Shown here one piece after another: positions 52,991 through 64,000 of a stretch of DNA of 64,000 nucleotides; positions within the stretch are counted from its first letter, which is position 1, and every line of letters begins with the position of its first letter. Source of the DNA: Daphnia carinata (Eukaryota); contig NC_081333.1 in assembly GCF_022539665.2 (NCBI RefSeq), positions 7,874,001 to 7,938,000 of the forward strand. The letters run 5' to 3'. The notes under the pieces were generated by a model, which saw only the letters and a list, made by a program, of their open reading frames with translations, ran no database searches and was not told the DNA's origin. Position numbers and translations under genes: made by a program.

Positions 52991-54506
52991 ATGCGTGCCC
53001 AGTGCTCTGTCTGCCAGGAGCTCTTTGGTGACTCTGATGTTGTGATGGCTCCACAGTGTGGTCACACATTCCATAGCACCTGCATCACACAATGGCTTGG
53101 GTAATATCACCAGCAAAAATATTTTAGCCAGCTGATTTCTTTTCATGTACTATTCATTAATCATAGAACTAAAAAATCTTGCCCTACGTGTCGTCAAACA
53201 ACATCTGTTGACAAGCTTGTGCGGATCTTCTTTGACATTGCTTTCACTGCTGATGTTGATTCAGCAGACCTGCAGCAGAAGATGGATGAAATGTCTTTAG
53301 AGTTTCAAGTTGTTCAGCGTGAATTACGAGAAGTCAGACAAGAGAACGTAACTTTAAAGAAAAAGTCCAATAAGTATTGTAAAGAAAAAAAAGAAGCTCT
53401 AGAAAAAGTTCGCGACTCGGAAATCGCCATCAACAATCTACAACAAAGGGTCGAATTTCTAAATAAGCAAGTAAAGAATTTTGGCATCGTGGAAGATGAG
53501 CTGAGAACATGCAAAGAAAAGCTTAAGCTGATGGAGAACGTCCAGCAGATTGTTAACTCTACTCATGAAGAAGTTCAAGAAATGCTAGAGCAGTATGGTG
53601 ATCATTCGGAAACGGCGAGGTCATTAAGTACTCAATGCGTAATCCTAAGCAGGTAGCAAGAAACATGACTGACTTTTTACAATATTTGCCTACATAAAGT
53701 TCATATTTGAAAGGGAGCTAAATGCTAAAGTACTACTAAAACAGAAAGCCGAGGAAGATCTAAGGAAATGCCGGCGACTGCTAAGCACTTTCCGCGTTGA
53801 ATTGCAACAAACCAAAAAGGAGTTGAAAGAAAAAGAAGAGCAGTCTTGCTTGGCAGAAGAAGATATAAAGAGATATACTACAGAAAATTCAAAGTTGCAA
53901 GAAAAGCTCAAGGCTCTCACAGAATCAATTTCTTCACCCAGTGGTGATCCTCGCAATTCGGCCTTGTCGCGTTTACTCAATGAAAGCCCGGCCCCTGTTA
54001 ATCTTCGCATGTCAAACCTTCTTGCTGCAACACCAGCGACGCCGTCGACGCCTCTAGTGCCACTCAGAGTGAAAGGTGCAAACGTTCCCTCGTCCAGACT
54101 CATCTTATCATCCCAAAATATGTCGAATATGCAGCCGAAACTTAGCAATCCTGAACAAGAACAGGCAACCGGTAGTAATGAGCGAAAGGAAGGTCGCAAA
54201 GCAGATAGTTTATCCGCACCCATTGATCCTGAATCTCTGAAATTTAAGCGAATGAAAGTCGATCCAGTTCCGTCAACAAGTGGATATTTCTATGATGGCT
54301 TTGGAGGTCACTCTAAACCAGATATTTATCCAAGAGGTGCATCTAGTTCGTCGTTTTCGGCTACCGCCAAGAAGAAGAGAGGACCAGTAACCATGAAAAT
54401 CAAAGGTACAACATGTCGCTATAACCTAAACAAAGTAATCTTTGCTATGGTTTTCTGTCTAGGTAAAACTCAAACCACAACATTAGACTACTTTTATTCT
54501 CAATAA
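52991..54506 (+). CDS. TRAIP: RING E3 ubiquitin ligase TRAIP/NOPO
   Basis: N-terminal RING CSVC...CGHTFHSTC...CPTC, long coiled coil, YDGFGGHSK motif, C-terminal PIP-box-like QTTTLDYF. Confidence 0.9.
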
Positions 54507-54783
54507 TGTGCCGTATTTGTTTTTGTCAAAGATATATTGTACCAAAATACAAATTATATTTTGTACCATTTTCTGTAGCACTTCAAATGCCATGCAACTT
54601 TTGATGAATCAAGAAATGAAGTAATTTAGTATATAGTTGAACCATGAACTATCTGCAAATAAAACCACTAACAATCAGGTAATTAGCAGCAATGAATGAA
54701 CAAGTAAATTGAATCAAGAATTTGTATTCAAGTACATTATTTCCGTACACAAACAAAAACTCAATCCACAAGAATTTGAGAAA

Positions 54784-55299
54784 CTATTTTGCGGCTTGCT
54801 CCTTGCGATACTTGGCGACAATCAACTGCTTGGCAGTACTCAAGTTGCGCGCGCGGGATTTTTTCATGTTTCTCAAGAATTTACGATCAACCTGAAAGAT
54901 AAAAATTTGTAAGGTACACTGCTTTGTCAGCCGTAACACAAAAAGATGAAAAGGAATTTGAAACCAATTGGAAATATCAACTGTCAAAGGCAGCCACATC
55001 TATAAGACAGTCACCTTCTTGACCTTTAAAGGAATGCATATAACAAAACTATCGAAGCTGTAGATTTTCCTTTTTCAGCTTTTAATTAACTAACAATCAC
55101 CCATACAGCACCCCCACAAAAATGGAAAACACTTTACCCCTTTATTGGATGGACACTTGTGGGCCTGAGGTTTCTTGATGCCATTGCGATGATGTTTTCG
55201 GTCTTAAAAAAAAAAGTAACGTTAAATATTTCTTTCTTAAATCGCTTGACAAGCAATCTTACTTTGGTTGTGATTTGTGTGATTCTTGGACTTAGCCAT
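54784..55299 (-). CDS. RpL29: 60S ribosomal protein L29
   Basis: MAKSKNHTNHNQ|NRKHHRNGIKKP...KG|VDRKFLRN. Pyrimidine-rich non-coding first exon near 55471-55500. Confidence 0.93.
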
Positions 55300-57134
55300 T
55301 TTATTTAGTTGGTGTGGCTAGATAGTCCTGGGCAAAAACAAAAATTTATTAGTTATTAAAGGCCACAAAATCTTGGAAATTTTAACTGGATAATACGAGA
55401 ATAAAATATTTCATTGTGTTTGCACATTTATAGTAAAAAAATATTCAGATGAAAGAGGATAAAAACTCACTAGGCAATTGACCGTCAGAAACGAAATGAA
55501 CGAATACAGCAGCTACTGCTGCCAGGAGAAAGCTCCTACGATCACTGCCACCTTTTGGCACTTTTGCACACTAAAACCGGGTCCAACAGTGGGTGAGACA
55601 GGGGTTTACTTTCTTAATGACAAAGACAATGATGAACGTGGGAGGCTGAGACTGAGAGCGTGCCAGACTGTTAGCTATGGCTAGCTGAGGGAAATGGCTT
55701 GTGTAGTACTGAGAATTATGAGGAGCAAAGCAATACTTGATTTTTCTTAGGGAATGTAAATATGTTAAGTTGCTGGAATTGTACCTGGGTGAAATTTTGA
55801 TCAAGAGCGAATGTGATAAATCATTTATAAAGTTTTTAGAGTATCACACATTGGAACAGATTTGGTTTCACGTGAAAATGGAATGGTTTACATTTAGTTC
55901 TTAGAAATTTATTGTATGTTAATTAATTTCAATGTTAGAATGAATGTTGAAAGCCATATGATAGACAAGTAGGATTCAAAAGGATGTGCTGTTAAAAACT
56001 GCCTGATAACCAATTGAGGTACGAAAGGAATTGTTTCTCATCAAATTACTAGTCGAATGCTGTACACATCATCAATCCTTCTGGAGAAGAGGTAAATATA
56101 GATCATGGTATATAACTAGTGTGATTACATAAGTTTTTTCCAAGCTGCTTCAAATGACCTTTTTTTATGTGTTTTGATCTGTCTTTTAAAGAATGACCTT
56201 TGTTAGGGATGTGGGTTGGTAAATTGTCCCACATTGATGACACATCACCACAAAACCAAGAAAAAAATTGTATCAGGAAACGATCATTCTGGAGTCTTCT
56301 CGTCGGGAAATCAAACCATTAACCCTGCTTGACAGGTTTCCACGATTGATTCCTCATCATAACGACAGTCAACAAAATTTTATGAAAAACTCCAATTGCC
56401 AAAAGGTTTTTCGTCCAACGAGATCGAATTGAAACACCTCGCTGAAATCTGGTTTACTTTTATAACCGATTGCTAAGACAGATCGTTGATTTCGGAAATA
56501 TTAGTGCCAGTAAAATTTTCTTCGCTTCTACCTTTTATTTGCAAGGGAAATGCTACGTTTTTTTTATATAATTTTTTATTTAACCCAAAGCCTCGCTGGA
56601 TCAAAACATGTGGCATGATAGCAGCCTCCTGCTGTTATATTCTTATTTTTGTCTCGTTATCGGGGGTGTCTGTTTTACAAGATCAGTGTGTTGTAAAGCG
56701 ATATTGGGGCTTCAACCGTGTTGAATTGTTCATTCCTCAACGAAGTAAAAAAAAATAACAATGAAATTATTATTGATATGGATGGCTTTACGTGTCCCGG
56801 TCAACGTAGTCAACCTACACAGGTGATTAGATTCGTGATCGGCTCACGGTTTTTTCCGTTTCTTAGGTGTAATAGGTAATAGTTATTGATAACCGAAAAA
56901 ATTACAAACTGTTTCTGTAGTTACTGATATGCTGTGATTATCACCTGTCACCCCCTTTTAAAGCAAATTGTGCAGTACCAATTCTGTGAGGTACACACAG
57001 TTTTACGATCAAAGCCTTTGTGATGTTATAATTTTTTTTATTTATTTAAATTTTGTTACTAGTTTCCATAATCAATTTACAAATAAAGGCGATTTTGTCA
57101 TATTGTGTAACGTCAGCGTTAGCTGTCCGTTCTC

Positions 57135-57206
57135 CACTAATCGTAGGAATCGAACCCGGGTCTTCCGATTACAAGGGAGTGGCGATAACCACTGTGCCAG
57201 GACCGC
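57135..57206 (-). pseudogene. Degenerate tRNA-like sequence / tRNA-derived SINE head
   Basis: A-box TGGCACAGTGG (57199-57189), anticodon-like loop CTTGTAA and B-box GGTTCGATTCC (57156-57146) at tRNA spacing. The acceptor and anticodon stems do not pair, so it is not called a functional tRNA. Confidence 0.6.
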
Positions 57207-57279
57207 ACATCCAAATCAAAACAATATTTGCTGGTCACCTGTTCAAGTACGTATAGCTATAACAATGCATATTGGTTAC

Positions 57280-57345
57280 TTAAGTATAGCGCTGTGGTAT
57301 AGCTTGGAGCTCACATTCGTATTACTCAGGTTCGATTCTATTGGA
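57280..57345 (+). pseudogene. Second, more degenerate tRNA-like A/B-box pair
   Basis: TAGCGCTGTGG (57287-57297) and GGTTCGATTC (57329-57338) at ~42-nt start-to-start spacing. Confidence 0.4.
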
Positions 57346-57688
57346 TTTTATTTTTTTAACGTGGTAATTAATGTAAATAATGAACCCAGCTAATGTGATC
57401 TCGAATTATTGTTTTTTTGCCTTATTCCATCGATATTTGTTTATTTTTTAAATATGTTTTTTATATCACAATTTCGAGAGGTTGCCAATTTTCTAGATAA
57501 CGAATACAACAGCGCATCCGAACCTGGGGGAAGGGACCGCCTTTTTTATCCCATTTACGCAGTTTAGTCCTCCACAACCCCATCCCACCAATTCACTGTA
57601 GCAGACGGCGGATTTGGCGCGAGCCGACAGAACAAATGCACAGCGTGACAGACTCCTCCTCCAATTTCCTTGTTTTTTTATAGAGTAT

Positions 57689-60600
57689 AGATTTTCTTTA
57701 AAGAAAAGCGCGTTAGATTTCAATTAACTTCTTTAAATTAACTTAACTATCGCAAATTATGCATGAATTATGTTCGAAATTATTTGAGGATGAAGAAAAT
57801 AACATTTATTTTAATCTAACTTACATAGTTTTTGAGTTATTCAAGTTAAAGTAGATTTTCTTTAAGGAAAAGGTTGTTTGATTTAAATTAACTTCTTTAA
57901 ATTATCGTAATTATTACAAATTATACACGAAATATGTTTGAAATTAATTAAGAATGAAGAAAATAACATTGATTTTAATCTAAATTACATAGTTTTTGAG
58001 TTATTCAAGTTAAAGTAGATTTTCTTTAAAGAAAAGGTTGTTTGATTTCAATTAACTTCTTTAAATTAACGTAATTATTGCAAATTATACACGAAATATG
58101 TTCGATATTAATTAAGGATGAAGAAAATAACCTTGATTTTAATATAAATTACATAGTTTTTGAGTTATTCAAGTAAAAGTATATTTTCTTTAAAGAAAAG
58201 GTTGTTTGATTTCAATTAACTTCTTTAAATTAACTTAACTATCGCAAATTATGCATGAATTATGTTCGAAATCATTTAAGGATGAAGAAAATAACATTTA
58301 TTTTAATCTAAATTTTATAGTTTTTAAGTTATTCAAATTAAAGTAAAATTTCTTTAAAGAAAAGGTTGTTTGATTTCAATTAACTTCTTTAAATTAACTT
58401 AAATATGGCAAATTATGCATGAAATATGTTCGCAATTAATTAAGGAGGAAGAAAATAACATTTATTTTAATCTAACTTACATAGTTTTTGAGTTATTCAA
58501 GTTAAAGTAGAATTTCTTTAAAGGAAAGCGCGTTTGATTTCAATTAACTTCTTTAAATAAACTTAAATATGGCAAATTATGCATGAAATATGTTCGCAAT
58601 TAATTAAGGAGGAAGAAAATAACATTTATTTTAATGTAACTTACATAGTTTTTGAGTTATTCAAGTTAAAGTAGATTTTCTTTAAAGAAAAGGTTGTTTG
58701 ATTTAAATTAACTTCTTTAAATTATCGTAATTATTACAAATTATACACGAAATGTGTTCGTTATTAATTAAGGATGAAGAAAATAACATTGAATTTAATA
58801 TAGATTACATAGTTTTTGAGTTATTCAAGTTAAAGTAGAATTTCTTTAAAGGAAAGCGCGTTTGATTTCAATTAACTTCTTTAAATTAACTTAAATGTGG
58901 CAAATTATGCATGAAATATGTTCGAAATTATTTGAGGATGAAGAAAATAACATTGATTTTAATCTAAATTACATAGTTTTTGAGTTATTCAAGTTAAAGT
59001 AGATTTTCTTTAAAGAAAAGGTTGTTTGATTTCAATTAACTTCTTTAAATTAACTTAATTATGGCAAATTATGCATGAAATATATTCGAAATTAATTAAA
59101 GATGAAGAAAACAACATTTATTTTAATCTAACTTACATAGTTTTTGAGTTATTCAAGTTAAAGTAGATTTTCTTTAAGGAACAGACCGTTTGGTTTCAAT
59201 TAACTTCTTTAAATTAACTTAACTATCGCCAATTATGCATGAATTATGTTCGAAATTAATTAAGAATGAAGAAAATATTATTTATTTTAATCTAAATTAC
59301 ATAGTTTTTGAGTTATTCAAGTTAAAGTAGATTTTCTTTAAAGAAAAGGTTGTTTGATTTCAATTAACTTCTTTAAATTAACGTAATTATTGCAAATTAT
59401 ACACGAAATATGTTTGAAATTAATTAAGAATGAAGAAAATAACATTGATTTTAATCTAAATTACATAGTTTTTGAGTTATTCAAGTTAAAGTAGATTTTC
59501 TTTAAAGAAAAGGTTGTTTGATTCCAATTTACTTCTTTAAATTAACTTAACTATCGCAAATTATGCATGGGATATGTTCAAAATTAATTAAGAATGAAGA
59601 AAATAACATTTATTTAATTCTAACTTACATAGTTTTTGAGTTATTCAAGTTAAAGTAGATTTTCTTTAAAGAAAAGATTGTTTGATTTCAATTAACTTCT
59701 TTAAATTAACTTAACTATCGCAAATTATGCATGAATTATGTTCGAAATTATTTGAGGATGAAGAATATAATATTTATTTTAATCTAAATTTCATGGTTAT
59801 TAAGTTATTCAAATTAACGTAGAATTTCTTTAAAGAAAAGCGCGTTTGATTTCAATTAACTTCTTTAAATTAACTTAAATAAGGCAAATTATGCATGGGA
59901 TATGTTCGAAATTAATTAAGAATGAAGAAAATAATATTCATTTTAATCAAAGTTACATAGTTTTTAAGTTATTCAAATTAAAGTAGAATTTCTTTAAAGA
60001 AAAGCGCGTTTGATTTCAATTAACTTCTTTAAATTAACTTAAATATGGCAAATTATGCATGAAATATGTTCGCAATTAATTAAGGAGGAAGAAAATAACA
60101 TTTATTTTAATGTAACTTACATAGTTTTTGAGTTATTCAAGTTAAAGTAGATTTTCTTTAAAGAAAAGGTTGTTTGATTTCAATTAACTTCTTTAAATAA
60201 ACTTAAATATGGCAAATTATGCATGAAATATGTTCGCAATTAATTAAGGAGGAAGAAAATAACATTTATTTTAATGTAACTTACATAGTTTTTGAGTTAT
60301 TCAAGTTAAAGTAGATTTTCTTTAAAGAAAAGGTTGTTTGATTTAAATTAACTTCTTTAAATTATCGTAATTATTACAAATTATACACGAAATGTGTTCG
60401 TTATTAATTAAGGATGAAGAAAATAACATTGAATTTAATATAGATTACATAGTTTTTGAGTTATTCAAGTTAAAGTAGAATTTCTTTAAAGGAAAGCGCG
60501 TTTGATTTCAATTAACTTCTTTAAATTAACTTAAATGTGGCAAATTATGCATGAAATATGTTCGAAATTATTTGAGGATGAAGAAAATAACATTGATTTT

Positions 60601-62940
60601 AATCTAAATTACATAGTTTTTGAGTTATTCAAGTTAAAGTAGATTTTCTTTAAAGAAAAGGTTGTTTGATTTCAATTAACTTCTTTAAATTAACTTAATT
60701 ATGGCAAATTATGCATGAAATATATTCGAAATTAATTAAAGATGAAGAAAACAACATTTATTTTAATCTAACTTACATAGTTTTTGAGTTATTCAAGTTA
60801 AAGTAGATTTTCTTTAAGGAACAGACCGTTTGGTTTCAATTAACTTCTTTAAATTAACTTAACTATCGCCAATTATGCATGAATTATGTTCGAAATTAAT
60901 TAAGAATGAAGAAAATATTATTTATTTTAATCTAAATTACATAGTTTTTGAGTTATTCAAGTTAAATTAGATTTTCTTTAAAGAAAAGGTTGTTTGATTT
61001 CAATTAACTTCTTTAAATTAACGTAATTATTGCAAATTATACACGAAATATGTTTGAAATTAATTAAGAATGAAGAAAATAACATTGATTTTAATCTAAA
61101 TTACATAGTTTTTGAGTTATTCAAGTTAAAGTAGATTTTCTTTAAAGAAAAGGTTGTTTGATTCCAATTTACTTCTTTAAATTAACTTAACTATCGCAAA
61201 TTATGCATGGGATATGTTCAAAATTAATTAAGAATGAAGAAAATAACATTTATTTTAATCTAACTTACATAGTTTTTGAGTTATTCAAGTTAAAGTAGAT
61301 TTTCTTTAAAGAAAAGATTGTTTGATTTCAATTAACTTCTTTAAATTAACTTAACTATCGCAAATTATGCATGAATTATGTTCGAAATTATTTGAGGATG
61401 AAGAATATAATATTTATTTTAATCTAAATTTCATGGTTATTAAGTTATTCAAAAATTAACGTAGAATTTCTTTAAAGAAAAGCGCGTTTGATTTCAATTA
61501 ACTTCTTTAAATTAACTTAAATAAGGCAAATTATGCATGGGATATGTTCGAAATTAATTAAGAATGAAGAAAATAACATTCATTTTAATCAAAGTTACAT
61601 AGTTTTTAAGTTATTCAAATTAAAGTAGAATTTCTTTAAAGAAAAGCGCGTTTGATTTCAATTAACTTCTTTAAATTAACTTAACTATCGCAAATTATGC
61701 ATGAATTATGTTCGAAATAATTTAAGGATGAAGAAAATAACATTGATTTTAATCTAAATTTTATAATTTTTAAGTTATTCAAATTAAAGTAGAATTTCTT
61801 TAAAGAAAAGGTTGTTTGATTTCAATTAACTTCTTTAAATTAAGTTAACTATGGCAAAGTATGCAATGAAATATGTTCAAAATTATTGAAGGATGAAGAA
61901 AATAACATTTATTTTAATCTAACTTACATATTTTTTTAGTTATTCAAGTTAAAGTAGATTTTCTTTAAGGAAAAGCCCATTTGGTTTCCATTAACTTCTT
62001 TAAATTAACTTAACTATCGCAAATTATGCATGAAATATGTTCGAAATTAGTTAAGGATGAATAAAATAACATTTATTTTAATCTAACTTACATAGTTTTT
62101 AAGTTATTCAAGTTAAAGTAGATTTCCTTTAAAGGAAAGCGCGTTTGATTGCAATTAACTTCTTTAAATTAACTTAAATATGGCAAATTATGCATGAAAT
62201 ATATATGCAATTAATTAAGGAGGAAGAAAATAATATTTATTTTAATCTAACTTACATAGTTTTTGAGTTATTCAAGTTAAAGTAGATTTTCTTTAAAGAA
62301 AAGGTTGTTTGATTTCCATTAACTTCTTTAAATTAACTTAACTATCACAAATTATGCATGAATTATGTTCGAAATCATTTAAGGATGAAGAAAATAACAT
62401 TTATTTTAACCTAAATTACATAGTTTTTGAGTTATTCAAGTTAAAGTAGAATTTCTTTTAAAAAACCGAGTTTGATTTCAATTAACTTCTTTAAATTAAG
62501 TTAACTATGGCAAATTATGCAATGAAATATGTTCAAAATTATTTAAGGATGAAGAAAATAACATTGATTTTAATCTAAATTATTTAGTTTTTGAGTTATT
62601 CAAGTTAAAGTAGATTTTTTTTAAAGAAAAGCGCGTTTGATTTCAATTATCTTATTTATATTGACTTAACTATGTCAAATTATGCATGAATTAGGTTTGG
62701 AATCAATCAAGGATGAGAAAACAGCCTTTTTTAAAATTTAGATTAGGCTACATAGTTTTCGAGTTATTCAAGTTAAAGTATATTGGCGTTAGAGAAAAGC
62801 GTTTTTGATTATAATTATCTTCTTTAAATTATTTTCACTATGGCAAATTATGCATGAATTAGGTTCGAAATTGATTAAGAATGAAGAAAATAATCTTTAT
62901 TGTAATCTAAATTACATAGTTTTTTAGTTATTCAAATCAA
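57689..62940. repeat. AT-rich satellite array, 164-bp monomer, ~32 copies
   Basis: Equivalent positions at 57689, 57853, 58017 and 58181 give a period of 164. The last ~2 monomers are visibly diverged. Confidence 0.97.
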
Positions 62941-63536
62941 CGCACCATTCAACTGTTTTGGAGCGCTAGCGTGATGCAGCACAAATATTCGGTGTATTTT
63001 TTAAACGGTTCGTCTAATGGAAAAACCATTAGCTGAACTTAAATCAGCGTTCAATTTTCATTATACTGTGTGAGTTTCATTTAATTCCAAGAAATGTCGT
63101 TTTTGGCCGATTTTGGCAAAAGTGGTAAGGCTATAGCCTTCCCACTTTTTCATTTTTGGTCAAATTTTAAATTTTTCTTAAAATACATGTTTTCGATTCA
63201 GAAATGAATGACAATCATTGAAATCAGATTTATTTTTCAATTGGCCTCATGGTTTTTTAATAAAACGTAAAAAACACGAAAAAAATAAGAAATGTCGGGC
63301 TAAATAAGCCTGAGTCGGGCTTATTTAGTCGGGCTTAAAAAATTTTCTGCAAAACCTGGTACTCATCGGAATTGGTTGAATATCACAGCGTATACTCAAA
63401 CATAAATGCTGATTCCGCGAGAATTGCTATTTGTTTCATTAAGTTAATCGTTTTCGAAATACATCAAATATTTAACACGATGTTAGCGCGCCAGTACGCT
63501 ACAACGCTGGCGCGATGTAGCACAACTTTCCGGTTG

Positions 63537-64000
63537 AAAGCGCGTTTGCTTTCAATTATTTTCTTTAAATTAACTTAACTATCGCAAATTATGCATGAAT
63601 TACGTTCGAAATTATTTGAGGATGAAGAAAATAACATTGATTTTAATCTAAATTACATAGTTTTTGAGTTATTCAAGTTAAAGTAGATTTTCTTTAAAGA
63701 AAAGATTGTTTGATTTCAATTAACTTCTTTAAATTAAGTTAACTATGGCAAATTATGCAATGAAATATGTTCAAAATTATTTAAGGATGAAGAAAATAAC
63801 ATTTTAAAAAATCTAACTTACATAGTTTTTGAGTTATTCAAGTTAAAGTAGATTTTCTTTAAGGAAAAGCCCATTTGGTTTCAATTAACTTCTTTAAATT
63901 AACTTAACTATCGCAAATTATGCATGAATTATGTTCGAAATCATTTAAGGATGAAGAAAATAACATTTATTTTAATCTAAATTTTATAGTTTTTAAGTTA
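63537..64000. repeat. Same 164-bp satellite resumes in the same orientation and runs off the window
   Basis: Same monomer, sharing diagnostic variants (GCAATGAAAT, AAAGCCCATTTGG) with 61840-61990. Confidence 0.95.

Noticed and set aside
55600..56500. Exon-like segments with splice signals running divergently from RpL29
   Set aside because: No coherent reading frame or recognisable product could be assembled.
57135..57206. Functional tRNA-Thr(TGT)
   Set aside because: The acceptor, anticodon and T stems do not pair properly; only the promoter boxes are retained.
57689..62940. CRISPR-like array
   Set aside because: Contiguous 164-bp monomers with no unique spacers, in a eukaryotic context with no cas genes: this is satellite DNA.

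Overview
Eukaryotic, gene-dense animal DNA with many ~55-100 nt introns. Gene content and intron style suggest an arthropod, probably a Daphnia-like crustacean (inference). From 1 to ~55.5 kb the spliced genes are: cytoplasmic aspartyl-tRNA synthetase (-), P5B ATPase ATP13A3-like (+), furrowed-like sushi/fucolectin/C-type-lectin receptor (-), GH1 beta-glucosidase (-), PP1 inhibitor-3 (-) with an intronless SUGCT ORF nested on the same strand in its first intron, NIFK (+), Mox homeobox (+), FNTA (-), C2orf42-like (+), repo homeobox (-), ANKRD13C (-), TRAIP (+) and RpL29 (-). From ~57.7 kb to the end is an AT-rich 164-bp satellite with a 10-monomer (1640-bp) higher-order duplication and a ~600-bp hairpin-rich interruption; two back-to-back degenerate tRNA-like Pol III promoters precede it. 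The most interesting signal is absent from the ORF track: a divergent pair of related, spliced 34-35 aa Lys/Gly/acidic micropeptide genes at 46.3-48.9 kb. One of them has a perfect 4-unit heat-shock element, a GTCACGTGAC E-box, CCAAT and TATA upstream. Gene models were assembled by eye from splice signals and recalled family motifs; no database searches were run. CDS coordinates span introns.
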